Shown here one piece after another: positions 59,970 through 64,000 of a stretch of 64,000 nucleotides of DNA. The stretch lies in assembly GCA_963740085.1 (NCBI GenBank), contig CAVUCU010000005.1:224001-288000 (forward strand), in the 5' to 3' direction. The notes beneath the pieces are model-generated. The model worked only from the letters and a program-made list of their open reading frames with translations, did no database searches and had not been told where the DNA came from. Positions within the stretch are counted from its first letter, which is position 1. Each line of letters begins with the position of its first letter. The position numbers and the translations under genes are program-made. This DNA is from Nitrospirota bacterium (GTDB taxonomy: Bacteria > Nitrospirota > UBA9217).

Positions 59970-60450
59970 CTATATCCCTAATGTGCTGATCAGATGATCT
60001 GCCGAAGCAGCGGCAGTGTCCCGGTTCAGATTTAGCCGCATGAAGACGTCGTCCTTTTTTCCGGTCAGATCGTTGCTTCCTATCGTCGGTGAGAGCATCA
60101 GCGTCACGGAGGCATCGGTGATCGGTATGATGGTTATGGCAACAACGCTTGTCATGGGTCCCCTGATGGCTGACACCTTTGCGGAGGCGAGCCCGCTGGC
60201 AGCCTTCCGGGCATCGTCAGGGTCACTCTGGCCATCGCGAACGATAAGCTCGATTCGTTTCCCCCCGATGCCCCGCCTGCATTGATGGCCTTTACAGCGA
60301 GAAGCGCTCCATCCCGGCCGGCGGTCCCCCGGATCGCCGTTGCGGCCGGTCAGCCCACCCACGTCGCCGACCCGGATCGTTTCATGCTCGCCTGCACCGC
60401 GCGCCCCGTCAGCAGTACCACTATCGTGATGATCGCGAATCTCCTGGTGC
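59970..60450 (-). pseudogene. truncated, frameshifted LivK-like substrate-binding protein
   Basis: Pieces TIRVG..GGLTG, GRDGALLAVKAINAG, GIGGKRIEL and GPMTS..LSPT lie in different frames; C-terminal half absent. Confidence 0.72.
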
Positions 60451-60508
60451 CCGACGTCCGCCTCCCGTTATAATGGACGGCGCCAATGCCGCGTTCAACC
60501 CGGTGGGC

Positions 60509-61840
60509 TCACTTCTCGATCCCGTACTCCGCAAGCTTGCGGGCCAGTGTCCGCGGATGGACCCCCAACGCCTCCGCCGCCCTGTTCCGTTCGCCGCCCG
60601 ACTGCTTCAGTATGCGCAAGATGTGCTCCCGCTCCAGGTCATCAAGCCGGATGCTGCCGACGCCCGGGCAGCTTCCCAGATCACGGGGAAGGTCGGCAGG
60701 TTCTATTAAATCGTTCCTGCTCAGCAGAAGAACATGATGGACTACGTTCTGGAGTTCCCGTACATTTCCCGGCCATGCACAACCGGTCAATATACTAATC
60801 GCTTCACTACTGAACTGCTTCTGTTTGAATACCGGGCTGCTACTCCTGAAATGCTCGATGAGCGGGACGATATCTTCCTTCCGCTCCCGCAGTGGCGGGA
60901 GATGAACGGTCAATGCGGAGATCCGGTAGTACAGGTCCCCCCGGAAGGTACCGTTCTCGATCCCTGACTTCAAGTTCTTATTGGTTGCGGAAATGATCCG
61001 CACGCTGACCTGCTGCTCCCGGGTTCCGCCGAGCCGGTAAAAATTCCCCGTTTCAATGACCCGGAGCAACTTCACCTGGAGCGAGAGCGGCATATCCCCG
61101 ATCTCATCAAGGAAGAGCGTCCCTTCATGCGCTATTTCGAGCAAACCGGGCTTTTTCGCCTGGGCCCCGGTGAACGCGCCCTTTTCATAGCCGAACAATT
61201 CGCTCTCGATCATGGTCTCGGGAAGGGCGCCGCAATTGATCGCGACATAGGATCTATCGGCCCTGGAAGAGGCGTTGTGGATGATCCGGGCGATCAGTTC
61301 CTTGCCCGTGCCGCTCTCACCGGTGATCAGGACGGGGAAATCCGACTGGGCAATCTTCTTTGATCGCTCGACAACATCCCGCATCACCGGGCTTTCCACG
61401 ATCAGATTAGATACTTCCGATTGTTTTTTTACCTGGGTCTTGAGTAGCAGGTTCTCAATGCAAAGCTTCTTCTTGTCATAAGCCTTTTCGATGACCGGAG
61501 CGAGCTCAACGATCTTGAAAGGCTTCATCAGGTAATCATAAGCGCCTAATTTCATGGCTTCAACTGCGGTCATGACGGTGGCGTGGGCGGTCAGGATGAC
61601 AACCTCCGTAGGGATTTCCCGGCTTCTGATCCTTTTCAGGACTTCGATGCCGTCGAGGCCAGGCATATTCATGTCAAGAAGAAGGACGTCGAATTCCTCC
61701 TTTTCGAGCAGCTCAAGCGCCTGGGTGCCGTTCTCAACCGATACAACATGAGACACCAGGGTCGACAGCGCATCCCGAAGAAGCTCCCGGATGTTCTTCT
61801 CATCATCGGCAATCATGACTTTCGCAAGTGTGAGGCCCAT
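60509..61840 (-). CDS. sigma54-dependent response regulator (NtrC family)
   Basis: REC; GESGTGKE, ESELFG, GAFTGA, LFLDEIG and WPGNVREL; Fis-type HTH. Confidence 0.95.
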   Translation of the reverse strand: MGLTLAKVMIADDEKNIRELLRDALSTLVSHVVSVENGTQALELLEKEEFDVLLLDMNMPGLDGIEVLKRIRSREIPTEVVILTAHATVMTAVEAMKLGAYDYLMKPFKIVELAPVIEKAYDKKKLCIENLLLKTQVKKQSEVSNLIVESPVMRDVVERSKKIAQSDFPVLITGESGTGKELIARIIHNASSRADRSYVAINCGALPETMIESELFGYEKGAFTGAQAKKPGLLEIAHEGTLFLDEIGDMPLSLQVKLLRVIETGNFYRLGGTREQQVSVRIISATNKNLKSGIENGTFRGDLYYRISALTVHLPPLRERKEDIVPLIEHFRSSSPVFKQKQFSSEAISILTGCAWPGNVRELQNVVHHVLLLSRNDLIEPADLPRDLGSCPGVGSIRLDDLEREHILRILKQSGGERNRAAEALGVHPRTLARKLAEYGIEK

Positions 61841-62074
61841 AGTATTTTCCCTGTAACGGCTAGACTAGCCTATCGAAAAGTAACCGCCGCTCGATGCTGA
61901 TTTGGCGCAGCGGGTGATATTTCCGTTACTATAGCAAAATTACCCCGTGTTCACAATGTTAATTTGTCATTCGGATGATCTCGGCCGAGCGGAGAGATCT
62001 TTCCGCCGGGGTACTCGAGGAATAACGAAACACGGGACGGCAAAGGGCGGGTCAAGAACGGGACACACGGCAAT

Positions 62075-62105
62075 AAAAAAGCGGCTCCGATATTCGGAGC
62101 CGCTT
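62075..62105 (-). terminator. intrinsic terminator of the atp operon
   Basis: Minus strand AAGCGGCTCCGA-ATA-TCGGAGCCGC-TTTTTT. Confidence 0.85.
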
Positions 62106-62134
62106 CCTACGTGTACGATAGTGTCGTTCAGAAA

Positions 62135-62560
62135 TTACTTTTGTCCGTGCTTTTCCGCCACCTGTATCCGGATCATCGCCCGCAGGAGTTCGATGCGTGC
62201 CTTTTCGTAATCTTTCTGTTCGAGGTTTTCGCTCAGCGCCTTCTCTGCACGCTCTTTCACAGCCCGTTCTTCAGTAAGGTCTATATCCGCAGCCCGGTCG
62301 GCACCCTCTGCCAGAATGATGACCCGGTCCGCTCCTACCTCGGCATATCCCCAGTCAACAGCCAGACGGTGCCACTCCGTTCCTTCACGGTAAGAGAGCA
62401 TGCCGACCTTGAGCGTCGTCAGAAAGGGCGTGTGCCCCGGAAGCACGCCGAACTCGCCTTCACTGCCCGGAGCTATCACTTCATCCACGCGTTCCGAACG
62501 GACCACCTGACGGCTCGGCGCAACGATCTCAAGAAGCATTTTTCCTTTTTCAGCGACCAT
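62135..62560 (-). CDS. atpC: F1 ATP synthase epsilon subunit (alternative start 62623)
   Basis: LEIVAP, APGSEGEFGVLPGH; follows atpD. Confidence 0.94.
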   Translation of the reverse strand: MVAEKGKMLLEIVAPSRQVVRSERVDEVIAPGSEGEFGVLPGHTPFLTTLKVGMLSYREGTEWHRLAVDWGYAEVGADRVIILAEGADRAADIDLTEERAVKERAEKALSENLEQKDYEKARIELLRAMIRIQVAEKHGQK

Positions 62561-62639
62561 CTTCTTTTTCCAATCTTCGCCACTCAGTTGTGATGGGCCT
62601 CTCGTGTTCGCCTGTTCTCCCATCGTTCATCCACGATAC

Positions 62640-64000
<1,361 letters not shown>

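Overview
A GC-rich bacterial chromosome segment (roughly 55-60% GC by eye). Its gene content suggests an anaerobic Nitrospirota- or Desulfobacterota-like organism (inference). It is mostly housekeeping: sdhA/sdhB, a liv ABC transporter, a PEP carboxykinase, purH, two phosphofructokinases, moaA/moaC, rpsA, rimO, the ffh-rpsP-rimM-trmD-rplS-rnhB operon, radC, perR-fprA-rubredoxin and atpD/atpC. Two accessory blocks are present: a HEAT/GT2/TPR-YaiO/LTA-synthase surface-polymer locus and a sigma54-driven chemosensory cluster. Highlights the ORF track misses: (1) an exported CxxCH plus triple-rhodanese protein split at an in-frame TGA (YYCGGVT-U) followed by a clear SECIS-like hairpin, i.e. a probable heme-c selenoprotein sulfurtransferase; (2) two sigma54 promoters sharing the same paired GACA-n3-TGTC enhancer geometry; (3) about 15 periodic (7-, 8-, 9-nt) or REP-like palindromic elements, some overlapping coding sequence and one enclosing an internal transposase fragment; (4) a 40-codon CheD remnant and several frameshifted genes. 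No rRNA, tRNA or CRISPR array was seen.
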